Shown: piece by piece, positions 1 through 14,076 of the stretch
Layout: the number at the start of each line of letters is the position of its first letter
How positions within the stretch are numbered: the first letter of the stretch is position 1
Assembly (NCBI GenBank): GCA_038087875.1
Contig: CM075997.1
Coordinates: 1,056,001-1,120,000, forward strand
Source: Malacoraja senta
Taxonomy: Eukaryota
Length of the DNA stretch: 64,000 bases
Reading direction: 5' to 3'
Made by a program: the position numbers and the translations under genes
Notes under the pieces: generated by a model
Seen by the model: the letters and a program-made list of their open reading frames with translations, nothing else
Database searches by the model: none
What the model was told of the DNA's origin: nothing

Positions 1-1089
1 TTGTCTCCTTAAGAAATGTTTTTAAAAAAATATGGTGCTGCATATTGAGGTTGACTGAAGGATTCCTCCAAGCTTGTTGCCAGATGTTGTGAGATTGAAT
101 TAGCAGATGCTTATTAACCTTGAGGTGCTTCAGCTCTTGTGTATTTTTGTTTCTGGCGAGGTTTGGCTTGAATACCAGCACAGCTCTTTCTTCTCTCTCA
201 ATCACACCTCCCTCATGCACGAAACTTCAAAAGGAAAAGGCCTGAAACTTGTGTCTTTCTCATTATTTTAATTAAAAAATTTAAACAAAATGAAACTCTT
301 CATTTTGTTCAATTTGAGGGAGGAAAGGAGAAATTATTTGTCTCCACCTTGCAGTATCCAGTCAGGCAACACTTGGGTGAGTTAATGTGTATTTGGATTA
401 GATGTTTGAACAAGAGTGGAAATTCTGAGTTAACCACAGTATTTTTATGTACCTTGACTCTCTCAGCATGGTGAAGCAAACACACAGTGCCCTCTCTATA
501 CATTCAATTATCTAGGCAAAAATATTAAGTTTGATGTTTGAATTGGCTTGTGGATTCAACATAAGACTTGTACGGGTAGATATTTTGATGCTGGAACAAA
601 AAGAATGGGCGACTGCAGTTATCCAGAAGTTCCAGGAAAAAGTCAACATTAATTTTTTAATGGCTAGTCTAACAAAAATCCTTTTACATGCAAATCCATG
701 AGTGGGGGAAGGTAAAGATAAAGTGGCTTGCAGCCATGCTGCTTAATTATTTTCTGTGCTTTAGTCCAGTGACTTCCATTTTAAATGAGAAATTAACGAT
801 AAAAATATGCTTTTCCCTATCCCAAATAGCTCCATCAGCTGTTCTGTTTAAGGAGTTGTGCCCAGCCAGAAGCCCTATAAACCTTGCTCAAATCTGAAGT
901 TTTGGGTTCAAATCTCGTTCGAGGCTCAAGCACACCCCAGCCAAAACACCGAAGGGGTGCTGTGTTGTAGGAGAAACCATCTCTTGGAAGAGGGATTAGT
1001 TTGGTTTCTTATTGTGTACCAAGAATTCCATCCAAGAAGATTGTACCATAAGTACATACATCAAGGTAATGCAAAAGAGGAATTTATGT

Positions 1090-1830
1090 GATGTATAGTG
1101 TTCCAGCTACAGAAAAAGTGCAGATGAAGAAAGTGCAAGGGCTGCAATAAAGTAGTTTTGGAGATCAATAATTCATCATAGCTTGTCTGAATACTTGTCC
1201 GAGGGGGAGAAGAGTGTCACTGTGGTGGGAACTGTCCTTGATTACGTTGGCTGCTCTCAGGAGGCAATGAGAATTAAGGGAGGAGTCAGTGAAGGGTAGG
1301 CCGATCTGTATGATGGACCAGGCAGCATTCGCAATGCTGCAATTTCATGTAGTTCAGGGCAGAGCATTTGCTATATCAAGCTATGAAGCATTTGCATAGG
1401 ATATTTTTTATGGTGTATCAGTAAAATTTAGTAAGACTCGTTGGATACATGCTGAATTTTCTCAGCCTTTTGAGAAAGTAGAGACATTGGCGTGTTTGAC
1501 CGGAGCGTTATGTGGTTGGACCAGGACAAATTGTTGATGTTTACACCCAGAAATGGAAGCACCAGATTGTTTCCAGCCCCACACCATACAGACTGGCGTG
1601 TGTTCTCTACCCTCCTTGCTGAAGTTGATGACCTGATCCTTGGTTTTGCGACATTGCGGGGGTGGTTGTTGAATTGACACCATGCCACAAACTCTCCACT
1701 CCTTCCTGAACTCCATCTTGTAGTTTTTTGAGATCCAGCCCACAGCGGTGGTGTCATCTGCAAACTTGTAGATGACATTGGAGTAGAATTTGTCAACAAA
1801 GTAGTAGGTGCAAGTCAGAGTTATGGACAA
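1090..1830 (-). mobile_element. decayed Rex-Babar LINE reverse-transcriptase fragment
   Basis: YKFADDTTAVGWI...NVAKTKDQVINF across frameshifts. Confidence 0.75.
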
Positions 1831-2179
1831 TAAACAGGAGTCTAGTGTCCAATATCCAGATGTTTCGGGGATGAGTATAGGGCCAGGGAGATGGCATCCA
1901 CAATCACTAATCATTTACAACAGTTCAGTACTCTCCCCAGGGACACGCTTAAGGACCATGTGTATAACTTTACAAGTGAATGTATGGTTGAGCTGTTACA
2001 CCATTTAATAATTCAAGCAACCTCTGAAATGGACCTTCTCATTAATTTCCATGTCTGAGTTGGTTGTACCATGAAGATTTGCTCTAATTAATAACAGATT
2101 GTCATCAAAGCAATTCTTTAGTTATTTTCCAGGCACAAGTGGGTGGAAATGTGAATAGCAGACAATATGAGATGGATTG

Positions 2180-2455
2180 AATAGTCACCAGCAATGTGAT
2201 AATGGCCAGGTCTTTTTTAGTAGAATATTGCTAAGGACAAACACCATGCTCCTTTTAGAGATAGTGTGTGTTTGTTCCCTTCTGCCTTTTGAGTGAGCTG
2301 GACCTTGAGGTACACTTTGCGACAGAAGATGCCACCTATGACACCAGCACTCCTTCACTGCTGCAACTGTACTACCAGCATTGCATTTTATGGCGTCTCT
2401 AATAGGATTTGAACCCAGAACCTCAGATTTAAGCAAATTATCCAACTGGGCCAAA
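2180..2455 (-). mobile_element. old Deu-domain SINE (SacSINE1-like), strongly decayed
   Basis: tRNA-like head TGGCCCAGTTGG...GGTTCAAATCC, then Deu-like segments and CTGGCCATTATCACATTGCTG; recognised from memory of the consensus. Confidence 0.5.
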
Positions 2456-2617
2456 GCTCAAACCTGACCAGCATCATCGCTTGGCTGGTAGACACAAAAT
2501 GCTGGAGTAACTCAGCGGGTGAGGCAGCATCTAAGGAGAGAAGGAATTGGCAACGTTTCGGGTCGCTTGGCTCTTGGATGGTAATGCAAATATTACCCTT
2601 GCTGCATGTTCCTACAG

Positions 2618-2768
2618 ATAAAGAAGTAATGTTGACACAGAAAGACTATGAAACGGCAGCACTGGCTGACATCAAGGCCTTGCTCAAGAAACACGAAGCG
2701 TTTGAGAGTGATCTGGCAGCACACCAAGACAGAGTGGAGCAGATCGCTGCCATCGCACAAGAGCTCAA
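2618..2768 (+). CDS. ACTN4: alpha-actinin-4 exon (human exon 12 equivalent, spectrin repeat 2); upstream exons lie outside the window
   Basis: cctacag|AT...CAA|gtatgt, 151 nt; encodes [50 protein letters not shown](N), a typical alpha-actinin sequence. Confidence 0.95.
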
Positions 2769-3026
2769 GTATGTACAATAATATGATTGTTTGCACCAAC
2801 ATGCTGCCATTCAACATTAAAGGCCAGGTTTTATAACTGATCCCACTGTTTGAATGTTTCTGCAGTCAGAAATTTACAAACCATTATTATGCTCTAATGA
2901 ATAAGAACAAAGTGAATATTTCCTCTAATGCAAGTTGAATCATCTAATCAAATGTTTGAAGTGAAATATTCTGAATCCCGTGGTGGCCTAGCTCAATTTT
3001 TTTAATTTGTAACTTGTTTTCTGCAG

Positions 3027-3135
3027 TGATTTGGATTATTATGACTCTCCCAATGTAAACGCTCGATGCCAGACGATTTGTGACCATTGGGACACTCTGG
3101 GCTCTTTAACACAGAGTAGGAGGGATGCCCTGGAG
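3027..3135 (+). CDS. ACTN4: alpha-actinin-4 exon 13 equivalent
   Basis: ctgcag|T...GAG|gtgag, 109 nt; [36 protein letters not shown]; phase matches neighbours. Confidence 0.95.
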
Positions 3136-4122
3136 GTGAGACAAAAACTGCTGAGTTTTATTTTGTGGTGAAATTCACGTGTTTAATTTATCCATATCTC
3201 TACCCGCAGTCAGAATTTTAAACCCAGGTGACCTTGGGATATTAATGGGAAAACACTTTGCTTAATTCAATGCTGTATGTGAGATGAGGTGCAGTGTTTA
3301 GTGATCGTGTGTCTGAGTTGATTCTTTAATTTGTTGGCGGTTTCAGATTCTATATTCATTTTGATATAACTTGTATTTTGGTTTCCATTAAGTTTTTGAT
3401 ACATTTAGAAATAGAATGCCAAAGTGATTCACTTTCCTCCCTTCCTGAGGGGTATTGAGGTAATTTTGACTCAGTCCAGCTGAGACTCGTATCAGCCCCG
3501 CTTCAAGTCTCATTTTCTGGTCTCTGTACCCTTACTCCCTTATGATTATAGTTACTGTAATTGTCTTATGAACAGTTATTTCAATTCATGGGTGGACTCG
3601 AGTAGAACCATGACCTCCGTGACTAGACTTGTCAACTAGCTTTCCATCAGTGCATTGGCCTAATCAGCACGTCATGGATTTGAAACTGAACAATCTTCCA
3701 GAAATTTTTGAGCATGCCGATTTTTACGTCAACAAATCCGATTGAACAAATGCAATGTGTTTGCAAAAAGCATGTGTTAGAGTTTGAGACTATTCTAAGA
3801 TGCATGCTTTGAAGGAATTAAATAGTAGCTGCTGTTGTACACTACAAAAAGTGTAGAAAATCCATTACATTGCAAAATTAAGAACAAAGCTTGTTTCACT
3901 TGGCTACATAATTGTCTGGTTCTTATGGTTGAGTTCTAACTGATTTAGTGATGTTATTGCAAAACATCAATCTTTGAATTCCAGCAGAATTTCTTTGCTA
4001 AGCCCGTCTTATTTGATACCATTCATTTTGGTGCTCATGAGAGCAGAGATGGCTAAAGGCTAAATTTGTTCTCTATTTGACTGCTGCTTCCTAAATGAGC
4101 CTTTTTTAAAAAATTGATTTAA

Positions 4123-4305
<183 letters not shown>

Positions 4306-4372
4306 TAGTTCTAACAGGGAATTAAAACTACTTTCCCTGTTCTCATTGGTTTCTTCTCTCTGCTTTCTGCAG

Positions 4373-4555
4373 GGTCTCATTGCAGCACATGAACAATTCA
4401 AAGCAACATTACCAGATGCTGATAAAGAGCGGGAAGCAATTCTGGGCATCCACAATGAAATGATGAAAATTGCCGAGTCTTATGACATTAAGCTCTCTGG
4501 TGTAAATCCATACACATCCATTACCTCGCAGAGTATTAATGATAAATGGGATAAT
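4373..4555 (+). CDS. ACTN4: alpha-actinin-4 exon 15 equivalent
   Basis: ctgcag|...AAT|gtaag, 183 nt; [29 protein letters not shown]...[17 protein letters not shown]. Confidence 0.95.
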
Positions 4556-6025
4556 GTAAGAGACTGCTGAATGGTATCAGTATCTAAAATGCATTTACAG
4601 ATGATTTTTCTACACAGTACTATTCATATTAAGATGTGGGGAAGTATTACTCCATATCTGATAGCTTTATATAGTAAATGTTATTTAATATATATGGGGA
4701 ACTGGATGTAGCATGCCAAGTTCACAAGAACATGTGGGTCCAATTGAAAATTAGTTGATTAAAAATATTGGTTTCAAATGCTGTACTGAAATTGAAAACT
4801 GGCTATAGTTTTCCTCTTTCATGCAGCTAATGTCTGATTTGAGCTGTGCTGTTGCAACGACTTTCTAACCTACCAAACGAATGTCATAAACGTTACTCAA
4901 AATATTCCTTATGACATGGGAGGAGGCTATTCAGCTGTTGAATCTGTGGGCTCACAAAGCAATTCCAATCCCCACTAATTTTCCTAATAACTCTTGAACA
5001 CTGGCATCAACTCCTCCAGCTTCTGCCACATAACTATACATCAATGGTAATTTATAGTGGCCAATTAACCCAGTGTTTCACGCATCTTTTGGTATGCAGG
5101 GGGAAATTGGAGCATCAGGAGGAAACCCATGCTGTCGCAGCAAAAATATACAAATTCCACATAGGTTGGGATTGAACTGGTGGCTGGTGCTGCGGGCAGC
5201 AGCTCAACCAGCGGTGCCACAGCCACCTCTAAGGAAGGGAGGGGGTGGTGTTGGGGATCTGTTTCTGTGGTACGGGATGCAGAGGAGAAGACAATTTGGC
5301 TCATCGACTCGGGGCTGCCTCTCGGAGCAATATTCTCCCACTTATTTCCTCGTAACCTATTTTTAATCTGACCACCAACACTCCCTGATTTTTATTTCTG
5401 CCACCAACCCACATTATGGTTACAGAAGCCATTTTACCAAGAAATCAGCATGTCTTTGGGACATGGAGGAAACTCAATGTGGTCGTGGAACTTGCGTAAT
5501 AAAACTTACGTGGGGGGGGGCCTCCATGAGGGGAGGGGAAGAACAATGGACAATAGGCGGGGGGAGGGGACAAAGGACAATGGGGGTACCGCTGGGGGGG
5601 GGGACAAAAGGGGGAGCTGCCGTGCTTTGTGACTTTGTCAGTCAGCACCATAGGTGGCTGCTATTTGTTTACATTGTGTATGCAAGCAAAGAATTTCACT
5701 GTGCCCAGTCACATGTGACAATGAAGTATTCCTATCCCTTCCTTCATTCCACATGGATCACGGACTGTGAGGCAGTAGTTCGACCTAAAATGCCACTGCT
5801 GTTTCAAATAAAATTCCAAACTTGGGAAATGAATGTACTTGAGATTAATTGTCTTAAGTCACTGATACTATTAGCACCAGAAGATATGTCACTATGAACA
5901 CTCACTGAGGTGATCAAAAGAAGCTGCAAGTGTTTGGTGAGAGGGCCTTGAAAGACCTGGAAAAATGTATATAAGCCATTGAGCATAATCTTCGATGACC
6001 TGAATGTTTGTTTCTGTGCTTCTAG

Positions 6026-6160
6026 GTTCAGCAGTTGGTGCCAGCAAGAGACCAAGCCTTGCAAGCAGAATTTAACAAACAGCAGTCCAATGAAAACTTG
6101 CGCGAGCAGTTTGCAAATGCAGCCAATGTTGTTGGTCCCTGGATTCAGACCAAGATGAAG
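6026..6160 (+). CDS. ACTN4: alpha-actinin-4 exon 16 equivalent
   Basis: tctag|...AAG|gttggc, 135 nt; [45 protein letters not shown]. Confidence 0.95.
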
Positions 6161-7473
6161 GTTGGCAAACTTTGACATGCAGAACTGGTTTTGAGGATAG
6201 TTTCTCCAAGTTAAAAAAAAAGTTCTACCTCCACACTCCAGTTATTAAATTCCACTGTAATTAGCTACAAAGTTTATGCAGTTTACTTGTTATTTGAAAG
6301 CTTTAATCAACTAAATAGTTCTTGTCATCCTTTCTATTTTAACCTATTGTATTCAATTTCAGTTTAAGACGGTGACTGGTGAAATATGTAGTCTTGTGGT
6401 TATGGGATTGAATTAGTGTTCTGGGGAGTTGAGTTATGGTGTGTCGTGAACTTCAATCTGACAGGTCTTGTAATTTTATTAACCGCACCCAAGATAGTTT
6501 TACAGGAAATTTTGAAACTATAAGGACAGGAAGTGGTCACCTGTACTTGGCCAGCATGGGACTCGTCACTCTTATTTTGGTCTTGTAAACAGCCTAACAA
6601 GTCACCCTATTGTGCAGAGGAACACCATTCATACATGATAAATTAAATATTGTTCCTTGCTAACAATCCCTAGAATTAACCTTGAATTCTACAATAGTAA
6701 ATGAAGAGAGAATTGAGATATTAACGAAAACATTTTATTATTTCCATTAGGAATTTACAAATGTTGCTCTCCATCCTGTGCTCGACTGATTAAGACAATC
6801 AATTATTATGGTTGGTTGGGGGGGTGGGGGGGGGAGATATTATGAAATGATTGGCTGGCTTGATCTTTAGTGCAGTTTCACCACTCGGTAGGAAATGAGT
6901 CTTGAATGGTATTTGAAATCTCTAATAGCCTGATTGTCACAATAGACAATAGATGCAGGAGTTGGCCATTTGGCCCTTCGAGCCAGCACCTCCATTCAAT
7001 GTGATCATGGCTGATCATCCCAATCAGTACCCCATTCCTGCCTTCTCCCCATATCCCCTGACTCCACTATCTTTAAGAGCCCTATCCAGCTCTCCCTTAA
7101 AAGTATCCAGAGAACCAGCCTCCACCGCCCTCTGAGGCAGAGAATTCCACAGACTCACAATCTCATCTTGAATATTGCTCCCCGTTCCCTGATATTTCAT
7201 TTTATTTCTGTAGACTTGGAGTTATTATTGCAATATTTTTACTAACCCAAGACTGTTCATTATAGTGAGGATCAATCAATTGTTGCATGCACCAAAATTG
7301 ACGGGGATTTAATGTATCTTCAAATTATGATGGGCGTCTGTCAAACTGAGATTGCACATTGGGTGAAAATAAATATTGCAATTCTAGACGTGCTGTTCTC
7401 TCAATCTGAATGCAGGGCAACACCTAGGTGAAGACAATGGGTGGTTGAATTGACTGTTGTGTTTCTGTATTAG

Positions 7474-7653
7474 GAGATTGGACGGATTTCTATTGAAATG
7501 CACGGTACACTGGAAGACCAGCTAAATCAACTGAAGCAGTATGAGAACAGTATCATCAATTATAAACCCAATATTGACAGACTGGAGCAGGACCATCAAC
7601 TCATTCAGGAGGCCCTCATCTTTGACAACAAGCACACCAACTACACCATGGAG
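7474..7653 (+). CDS. ACTN4: alpha-actinin-4 exon 17 equivalent
   Basis: attag|...GAG|gtaata, 180 nt; [17 protein letters not shown]...[16 protein letters not shown]. Confidence 0.95.
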
Positions 7654-7892
7654 GTAATACCTACAGTCTACTTGTAGATGAACTCGCGTTGTATTTAAAA
7701 TCAGTGGCAAAGTACTTACTGTGTGGGACGCTGACTCTTTAGAGGATGGTAGCTTTACTTCTCATTCCGCCTTGTGAAAAAGTTTTATTGATTTATCCTG
7801 TGCCAAAAGTAGCATCTCTTAAAAGGAAAATAAATCTGTCGACCTGTCCTTTCTTAACTGGAGTTTCCCTTTTGCCAAAAAGATTATTTTCC

Positions 7893-8187
7893 AGTTTAGT
7901 TTAGAAATACAGCACGGAAACAGGCCCTTCGGCCCACACTGACCAGCGGATCCCCGCACATTAACACAATCCTACATTTATACCAAGCCAATTAATCTAG
8001 AAAACCGTATGACTTTGGAGTGTGGGAGGATACCAGAGCACCCGGAGAAATATTCAATTCAATTCAAAATTCACACAGGTCACGGGAAGAACGTACAAAC
8101 CCCGTACAGACAGCACCTGTAGTCGGATCAAACCCAGGTTTCTGGGACTAAGGCAGCAATTTTTCTGCTGCGCCACTGTACCACCCA
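7893..8187 (-). mobile_element. HE1-like V-SINE
   Basis: Same family, more diverged. Confidence 0.75.
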
Positions 8188-8411
8188 GGTAGATTGATTA
8201 AATAGAGATCTGGAAGGCCGTAAGTCATGCCACCACATGAGGGGTAGAATATGGAGTATAAAATATGCTTAATTTCCACATCCACTTTCAAAACTGAACA
8301 AATGTTTCACAAAGGAAGTGCAGGTAAAAGTCTATGATACGAGTAGGCTGGATTAATTAACTTCCTGCCCAAATTGAACGTATTAACACCTTGGCTTGCT
8401 TTTTGTTTTAA

Positions 8412-8624
<213 letters not shown>

Positions 8625-9360
8625 TAGCATTGGGGTATTTACCTAATGGAATTGCAAAGTTTGATTTTAATTATAAGCATCCTATTAGCACTACTTAATA
8701 TAATAACCTGCAGATGTAGCCGCACTTTAGTAGCAGCGTGCTGGAGCTGTAGAGAGCAAGGTATACGTGAGGCTTAATGATTTGCTGAATATGCACAGCA
8801 TGACGTGTATTTTTACTAATCGGATTTGAGCATCTCCACGTACTAAACCCAGATTTTGACATTGGGTTTCAGGCATAAAGGCTCCATTTGGATCCACATT
8901 TGCCGCACCTCCATGCTGTTGAATTAGATTGGCACATGCCTTCTCAAAATTGTCTTTTAAGGAGGAATTTGGAACTAAGTGGGTATAGTTTTAGAATAAA
9001 GAGGTACCCACTTAATATGGAGATGAAAGTTTGGGGGATTTTGAAACTTTGGAATTCTGTACTCCCAACACCTGTTGAATGCATTTAAGACCTAGACATA
9101 TTTTGGGCCAGAGGAATAGGTATTTCGGGGAAATAATTAGGAAAGTGAATCTGAATCCAAGACATTGCGATCTTACTGGGTACAGATTAGGGTTTTTGGT
9201 GGGGGGGGGGGGGGGGGGGGAGGGGTGGCTGATTGTATTATGTAAATGCACAGGAAGAATAGTTGCCAATTAATGTGTTATGAAGATGAAAGGATTAAAG
9301 ATTTTAAATGTGGATTATTCAATGCCTGGTCTGAATAGGTTTTTCCAATCTGCTCTTGTA

Positions 9361-9817
9361 ACACTCCCTCCCATTCACGCGCTGACCTTCCTGTCCTGGG
9401 CCTCCTCCATTGTCAGAGTGAGGCCCAACGCAAATTGGAGGAACAGCACCTCATATTTTGCCTTGGCAGCTTATAACCCAGCGGTTTGAATATTGACTTC
9501 TCTAACTTCAAGTAAACTTTGCTTTCCCCCTCTCTCCACCCCTCCCCCATCCTAGTTCTCTGACCAGTCTGACTGTCAGGTGATTACATTTTATTCTTTG
9601 TACGCTTCGTTGTCACCTTCCGCAAGCTAACAATTATCTATTCTACAGTTTCCTTGACTTTCGTCCCCTTTGATATCTCGTTTTCACACCTTTCCCTTCG
9701 ATATTTCTGACTCCCTCTCCCCTGACTCTGTCTGAAGAAGGGTCTCGACCCGAAACGTCACCCATGCCTTCTATCCAGCCATTCTGCTGAGTTACTCCAG
9801 CATTTTGTGTCTACCTT
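9361..9817 (+). mobile_element. Penelope-like element 3' fragment (ACTN4 intron)
   Basis: VLGLLHCQSEAQRKLEEQHLIFCLGSL*PSGLNIDFSNFK*, then intact CTGAAGAAGGGTCTCGACCCGAAACGTC at 9732. Confidence 0.7.
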
Positions 9818-12239
9818 TCCTGTAATGATTGGCCAGATACAGCTGAATCACTCAGTGGGAGAATTTGCACTGATGAATGTGGTGTTTATAATCTTGTTAC
9901 ATTGGTTTAGGTTAAAGGGTGTGGCTGTCCAGCAGCTGTTTACAAGAGTAGGATTCTATTGTGTTGAATCTGCCTTTTCTCACTCGGGCAGGTAATACTA
10001 TAACTGATTAGCTTTGCGAGACACCCTAAGCCTTGATGTTCTCCATGATACATGTACTGAAATCTCATTATAGTACAATGGTGCTTTATTGCTGAAATGG
10101 GTGGGAGACCTAGTTGATATTTAATTTTGAGCAGAGAAAACTGAATTCCAAAGCCTGGGTGTTTAATGTTTTTGGTGTGTGTGGGGAGAGTGTTCTTTAT
10201 ATATCCAATGTAGTCACTCTGAATGAATTTGGAATATGTGGCCTGCTGAGCACTTCAAAAAACAAAACATTTGCAGGATTTCGTCATCTTGTGGTTTATG
10301 AGCCGAGAAATATTATTTGACAGGAGTTCAATTTATTTGTACTGACTTGAAGCAAGACACCCCTCCTGCTTTACAGTAAAACGTTGCCCATTATTCAGTT
10401 GTTCAGAAATCCAGATGGTTCAACATCTAGCAAGGTCATTAATACACTTTAAGTCCTCGCCGTTCACAAAGCAACAAAGTCAGTCGTGCATTACAAGGAG
10501 TCTGCGTAGGTTTGTGGCCAGAGCTAGGGTGTGGAGTGTGAGCTGGTTGTGCAGCTGGAGTTGGGAATATGTATTGCAGCTGGAACTAGAGTCAGGAGAT
10601 GAACTGGGTGAAAACTACATGCAGAAACTCCAGGCTGTGCTTCCTGTGCTCCCTTTAAACTTACCAGGGCACAGTTTCTTGCTGCCTTTCAACTGGCTGG
10701 GTTCACTGACAAATTTATTATACTGTCTTACATGAAGTAAGTAAGTGTCAGCATTAAATAATAGCAGCCAATAGTCTGTAAAATGTGCCGCTGCAATGTC
10801 TCCAGTCCCAAGGGTGCCCCATTGCCAGTTTTTCTGTACTTGAGGTGCAGCCATGTTGTCAATGTAGAAACAATTTAGAATCCAGCAAACATAGCATTTT
10901 GTAACTGCTGGCTTAGTTCAAGGCCCATAAACAAAACAACAAAGCACAATTCTACCAAATAGTTACATGAACATAACTGGTATCCAGGTGACTTGTTTAG
11001 ATATTTACCTCTAAGGGAAAGCTCTTGCATGGTCACACTTCAAAAAGTGCAAACAATCCATCTGAATGAACTTGTATCTTACACTGATTGCGAAAAGTTA
11101 CTGTTGAACAAGTTTCTAAAATTACAGATGCTCACCTGTGAAACATCACATTTTCTTAATCTGGCAAATGGTGGCTAACTTCAGGAATTGCATTATTCTC
11201 CCTGTTTCCCTCACTCCTAAAAATTGGCCACTTGCAAAAGATCTGTATGATTACTTCACGGGAAAGTATAGCAATTGACTTTTTAATTTTCATTTATCTT
11301 TCAATTTTGTTGTCTGAAGTTATGCTGCTGAGTGGGAAATTACTTTGACACCTCTAAATTGTCAAGACAAGTACTTTGACACCTCTAAATGTACCTTAAG
11401 TATAAATCTCCATCCCACGAGTTATACGAGTCACATAATTTGTGTAAAGGTGAGGGTGTGCTTCATCTTTCTACAGAATGACAGCATTGACATCTCTTGA
11501 CAAGTCTTTATGGTACATTGGCTTAATTGTTTGTCACCTTTGAAGAGAAATTTGCTGTTACCCCACCTAGTTCAGCATTTTTTTTTTTTTTTTAGCTCTC
11601 AAAGTTGTTAAGCAGTTTTGTTCCATGAGGCGAACATTTATAAAGCTTCACTGGGCTGTTAAGGTATTCGGTTTTAAGCTTGGCACACAATGCCTGTGCA
11701 TTTCACCAATTCTAAGCCTCTTACGTCATTGACATTAGCTTTTGGTTGGAGGATCCATGATGCTGTTGAATATCAGGCCCAGATTTTTATTTTAACATCC
11801 CCAGAGCATTCAAAGAAAGTGGACTCCTTACCCCTCGGTTCCCATTCATGCATGCTGCTATATTTGTTAAAAATCTAGTTAATTAGTTGAAGTCATGGCA
11901 TCAGTGAGGAATCTTTAGAATTTCCATGTTACCGAAAGTAGTGTACTGGTACTTAATTAAATAGATAATCAGAATGTTGATGAACTGGTTAATCAAAGAT
12001 GTGTTTTAATATAATTGTATGATGGCTTCCTTTTAATTTATGCATTTGTGTTAGGCAGGTTAAGCTTGACTTGTGGCTCAGCTTTATTTGCCCCACTGTT
12101 GGGTAGAGACATTTGAAGGTTATTGGACCCTACTCTGCAATTCTTTTTCATCCTTATGAAATATTGCTGTATTCATAAAGCCCTGTCTTTGATGCTCCAT
12201 AAAGCTCACACTGGGCCTCTTGTAAATGATTACTTCAGT

Positions 12240-12765
12240 ACTTGTATAAGACGTTGGTGAGAACACATTTAGAGTATTGTGTTCAGTCCTGGGCACCGTT
12301 ATAGGGAAGGTGTTGGCAAGCTGGAAAGAGTACAAAGAAAATTTACGAAGATGTTGCCAGGACTAGAGGGTCTGAGCTATAGGGAGAGGTTGAGTAGGCT
12401 GTGACTCTATTCCCTGGAGTGTAGGAGGATGAGAGGGTGATCTTATAGAGGTGTATAAAATCATGAGAGGAATAGATTGGGTAGATGGCAGCCCCTTGCC
12501 CAGAGTACGTGAATAGAGGACATAGGTTTAAAGTGAAGGGGAAAATATTTAATAGGAATCGGAGGGGTAACATTTTCACACAAAGTGTAGTGGGTGCATG
12601 GAACAGGCTGCCAGAGGAGGTAGTTGAGGTTTAAGAAGCAGGTACATGGAAAGGGCAGGTTTGGAGGGATATAGACCAAACACAGGCAGGTGAGACTAGT
12701 GTAGCTGAGACATTTTGGCAGGTGTTGGCAAGTTGGGCTGAAGGGCCTGTTTCCACACTGTTTCG
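12240..12765 (+). mobile_element. CR1-clade LINE 3' fragment
   Basis: Degenerate LYKTLVR.HLEYCVQ; 3' end GAAGGGCCTGTTTCC. Confidence 0.8.
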
Positions 12766-13802
12766 CTCTACCTCACCTAAGCAGCAGTCTACCCAAAATC
12801 TCTCAATTTCCCCCTCTGTCCACAATAACAGTTTTTCCTTGTAAGCCATCTGCCTCTGGCACCATTGAGTGACGATAGTAAACAACCTTTCCACTTTGTA
12901 CGTTGGTCTCTTGGGTCATGGAGCCAATATGTCTTGTCCAATCTGCTCAGATTTGCATATTCAGAAGCAAGTATTTTTTTTATTGGGTACCTTTTCACGT
13001 GTAGGTTCAAAATACCATCCACATTTTTAATGCATGTGTTGTAATCCTAAGGGGATTGTAAGAATAGGGGGAAGCCATTTAGGACTGAGATGAGGAAAAG
13101 CCTTTTCACCCAGAGAGTTGTGTATCTGTAGAATTCTGTGCCACAGAAGGCAGTGGAGGCCAATGTTTTCAAGAGAGAGTTAGATATAGCTCTTGGAGCT
13201 AACAGAATCAAGGGATATGGAGAGAAAGCAGGAACAGGTTATGATTTAGGATGATCAGCCATGATCCTATTGAATGGCGGTGCAGGCTTGAAGGGCCGAA
13301 TGGCCTAATCCTGCACCTATTTTCTATGTTTCTAATCCAAATTCTTGAATCAAAACAAATGAAATTTTTGATATAAAATAATCATGCTGCATCTTTTCAA
13401 TTGGATCACACTTGACTACACTTTCAGATAGTGCATATTTTGTAGTACAGTCACAGCAGAGCCGTTGTGGTTTGGTAACCACTGACAAATGTGGATGTAT
13501 TTGCATACCCTTAACTCGTCTAAAAATGGTGTTCCTTAATCTTTACTGATCTCGCGTTCGACATTGTGGTTGCAACGTAACTAGAATTGTCAGTGGAGAA
13601 AGATATTTTTGATTGAACTAAATAATGACTTTGAACAGAAAAATGCAAACTGCTAGAGGAACTCAGCACTTAGGCAGCATCTGTGAAGGGAAATGAACCG
13701 TTGACAATTGAGGAAATGAAACGATCAGTATTTGGAAGTGGAAAACTTGATCTAGTTAGGACAGGACCTGAACCACATGAGTGGTGAGAAATGTTGGAGA
13801 AA

Positions 13803-14076
13803 GGGGCGCGTTGTTGCCTCACAGTGCTTGCAGCGCCAGAGACCCGGGTTCGATCCTGATTACGGGTGCTGTCTGTACGTTCTCCCCGTGACCGAGTGGG
13901 TCTTTTCCGAGATCTTCGGTTTCCTCCCACATCCTAAAGACGTACAGGTTTGTAGGTTAATTAGCTTGGTATAAATGTAAATTGTCGCTAGTGTGCATAG
14001 GATGGCGTTGGTGTGCGGGGATCGCTGGTCGGTGTGGGCCGAAGGGCCTGATTCCGCGCTGTATCTCTAAACTAAA
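13803..14076 (+). mobile_element. HE1-like V-SINE
   Basis: B box GGTTCGATCC, core and tail as above. Confidence 0.8.

Noticed and set aside
600..720. QIHEWGK|gtaaag and IQKFQEK resemble alpha-actinin exon 11 (EKFRQKASIHEAW)
   Set aside because: In-frame TAA just upstream, the two pieces are in different frames and there is no suitable acceptor; the true exon is presumably before the window
8770..8835. Possible intronic C/D-box snoRNA (ATGATT...TGAG)
   Set aside because: Boxes imperfect, no terminal stem or recognisable guide sequence
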